Positions 46,700-48,102 of a DNA stretch of 48,102 nt are shown in pieces. This DNA comes from Chiloscyllium plagiosum (Eukaryota). The first letter of the stretch is position 1; each line of letters begins with the position of its first letter. The translations under genes were made by a program, and so were the position numbers. The stretch is from assembly GCF_004010195.1 (NCBI RefSeq), contig NC_057751.1, positions 810,462 to 858,563 on the forward strand. The letters are read 5' to 3'. Under the pieces are notes generated by a model. That model searched no databases and was not told where the DNA came from. It was given only the letters and a program-made list of their open reading frames with translations.

Positions 46700-48102
46700 T
46701 TCTGGGAAAGCGAGCACTTATTACCTGTCCTGAGCTGTTCCTTGAGAAGGTTGTGGTTAGCTGCCTTTTGAACCTCTGCAATCTGCACAACAGAGGAACA
46801 CTCAAAGTGGAGATTTTGATGTGAGCCTTACCGTAAGCAAATTTAAGTGCACGAGTAGGAAAGCTTTGCTTCAAATGTATGGAAGGTTGTTTATACTGTA
46901 CCTGGAGTGCTGTGTGCACTTTTGGCTTCCTTACCTCAGAATGAGCAAACTGGGTGTGTATTCTCGAATCACACTCCTGACTTGTACCTTGTAGATTGTG
47001 GACCGGCTTTGGGAGCCACCACATGAGTTACTCATTGCGGTATTCCGAGTCCCCGACCTCTTTTAGCCAATGTATTTGTGAGTTTTGAGAAGATTTGTAG
47101 CTCGGGTGAGGTTCCGGATGTAGGTTTGCTTGCTGAACTGGAAGGTTCATTTTCAGGCATTACGTTACCATACTTGGTAAGATCATCAGTGAGCCTCCAA
47201 ATGAAGCACTGAGGGTGTAGCCCACTTTCTGTTTTTATGTTTGGGTTTCCTTGGGTTGGTGATGTCATTTCCTATGGTGACGTCATTTCCTGTTCTTTTC
47301 TTGGGGGTGGTAAATAGGATCCAAATCAATGTGTTTGTTGATAGAGTTCCGGTTGGAATGCCATGGTTCTAGGAATTCTTGTGTGTGTCTCTGTTTAGCT
47401 TGTCCTAGGTTGGGTGTGTTGTCCCGGTCGAAGTGGTGTCCTTCCTCCTCAGTATATAAGGATGCTAGTGAGAGTGGGTCATGTCTTTTTGTGGCTAGTT
47501 GATGTTCATGCATCCTGATGACTTGGATCCCATATACCATCCCCTGAGAAAAAGAACAGGAAATGACATCACAGTAGGAAATGATGTCTCCACAAGAAAT
47601 GACATCACCAACCCAAGCAAACCCAAACATATAAATAGAAAGTGGACTGCACCATCAGTGCTTCATCTGGAGGCTCACTGAAGTTGTTATCTAGCATGGT
47701 GATGAACTGTCTGAAAATGAAACCTCCAGCTCAACGAGCAAACCTGCATCCAGAGCCAATATATTTATATGGAGAGTCTCGTTGGGTTTGTGGTCAATGG
47801 TATCCCTCAGGATGTTGATAATGGGATCTTCAGTGATGGTTACACAGCTGTATGTCAAGGGAGAATGGTTAAATTATCAGTTATTGGAAATAGTCATTGC
47901 CTGGCATTTCTTTGGCACAAATGTTACTTGCCACTTGTAAGTCCAAGCCTGGATATTGTCCAGGTCTTGTTACATTCGAACATGAACTGCTTCAGTATCT
48001 GAGAAGTTGCAAATGGTGCTGAACTTTGTGCAATTGTGAATGGATCCCTCTTCTCACTTTATGATGGAAGGAAGGTCATTGTTGAAGCAGCTGAAGATGT
48101 TA
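46700..48102 (-). mobile_element. L2/Crack-like LINE RT to 3' end, split by a PLE insertion
   Basis: IFSCFNNDLPSII...QDLDNIQAWTYKWQVTFVPKKCQAMTIS at 47770-48102, continuing at 46950-47077. Confidence 0.75.
47078..47753. mobile_element. Penelope-like element 3' end (GIY-YIG C-terminus) in inverted-repeat configuration with a 13-bp TSD
   Basis: Minus strand RMHEHQLATKRHDPLS...GHHFDRDNT...EFLEPWHSNRNSINKHIDL; 47521-47753 is an inverted copy of the 3' end; TSD agccaat(g/a)tattt at 47065-47077 and 47754-47766; decayed hammerheads at 47153-47192 (-) and about 47675-47723 (+). Confidence 0.9.

Overview
Vertebrate genomic DNA, almost certainly from a shark or ray. This is inferred from about nine HE1-type V-SINE copies, DeuSINE-like copies and abundant CR1 LINEs. 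Roughly two thirds of the window is decayed retroelement sequence: CR1 (ORF1 esterase, APE endonuclease and RT fragments), one RTE, L2/Crack-like fragments, three SINE families, a solo LTR and at least four Penelope-like element (PLE) remnants with GIY-YIG motifs. I recognise no intact host coding gene; nearly all listed ORFs are repeat fragments or chance frames. The most striking structure is a set of about 13 minimal hammerhead-ribozyme cores (CUGANGA-N-stem II-GAA-ACGU/AGCU-H). They sit on 110-210 bp PLE terminal-repeat mini-elements of several families, many with 12-15 bp target-site duplications and several folded back into long hairpins. One copy is still attached to its parent PLE ORF. 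There is also a CpG-rich promoter-like segment near 39.0 kb with an RFX X-box next to an E2F site and a minus-strand splice donor, a few candidate exons, and several enhancer-like unique segments. Repeat boundaries were read by eye and are approximate; family names come from motif recognition, not database searches.
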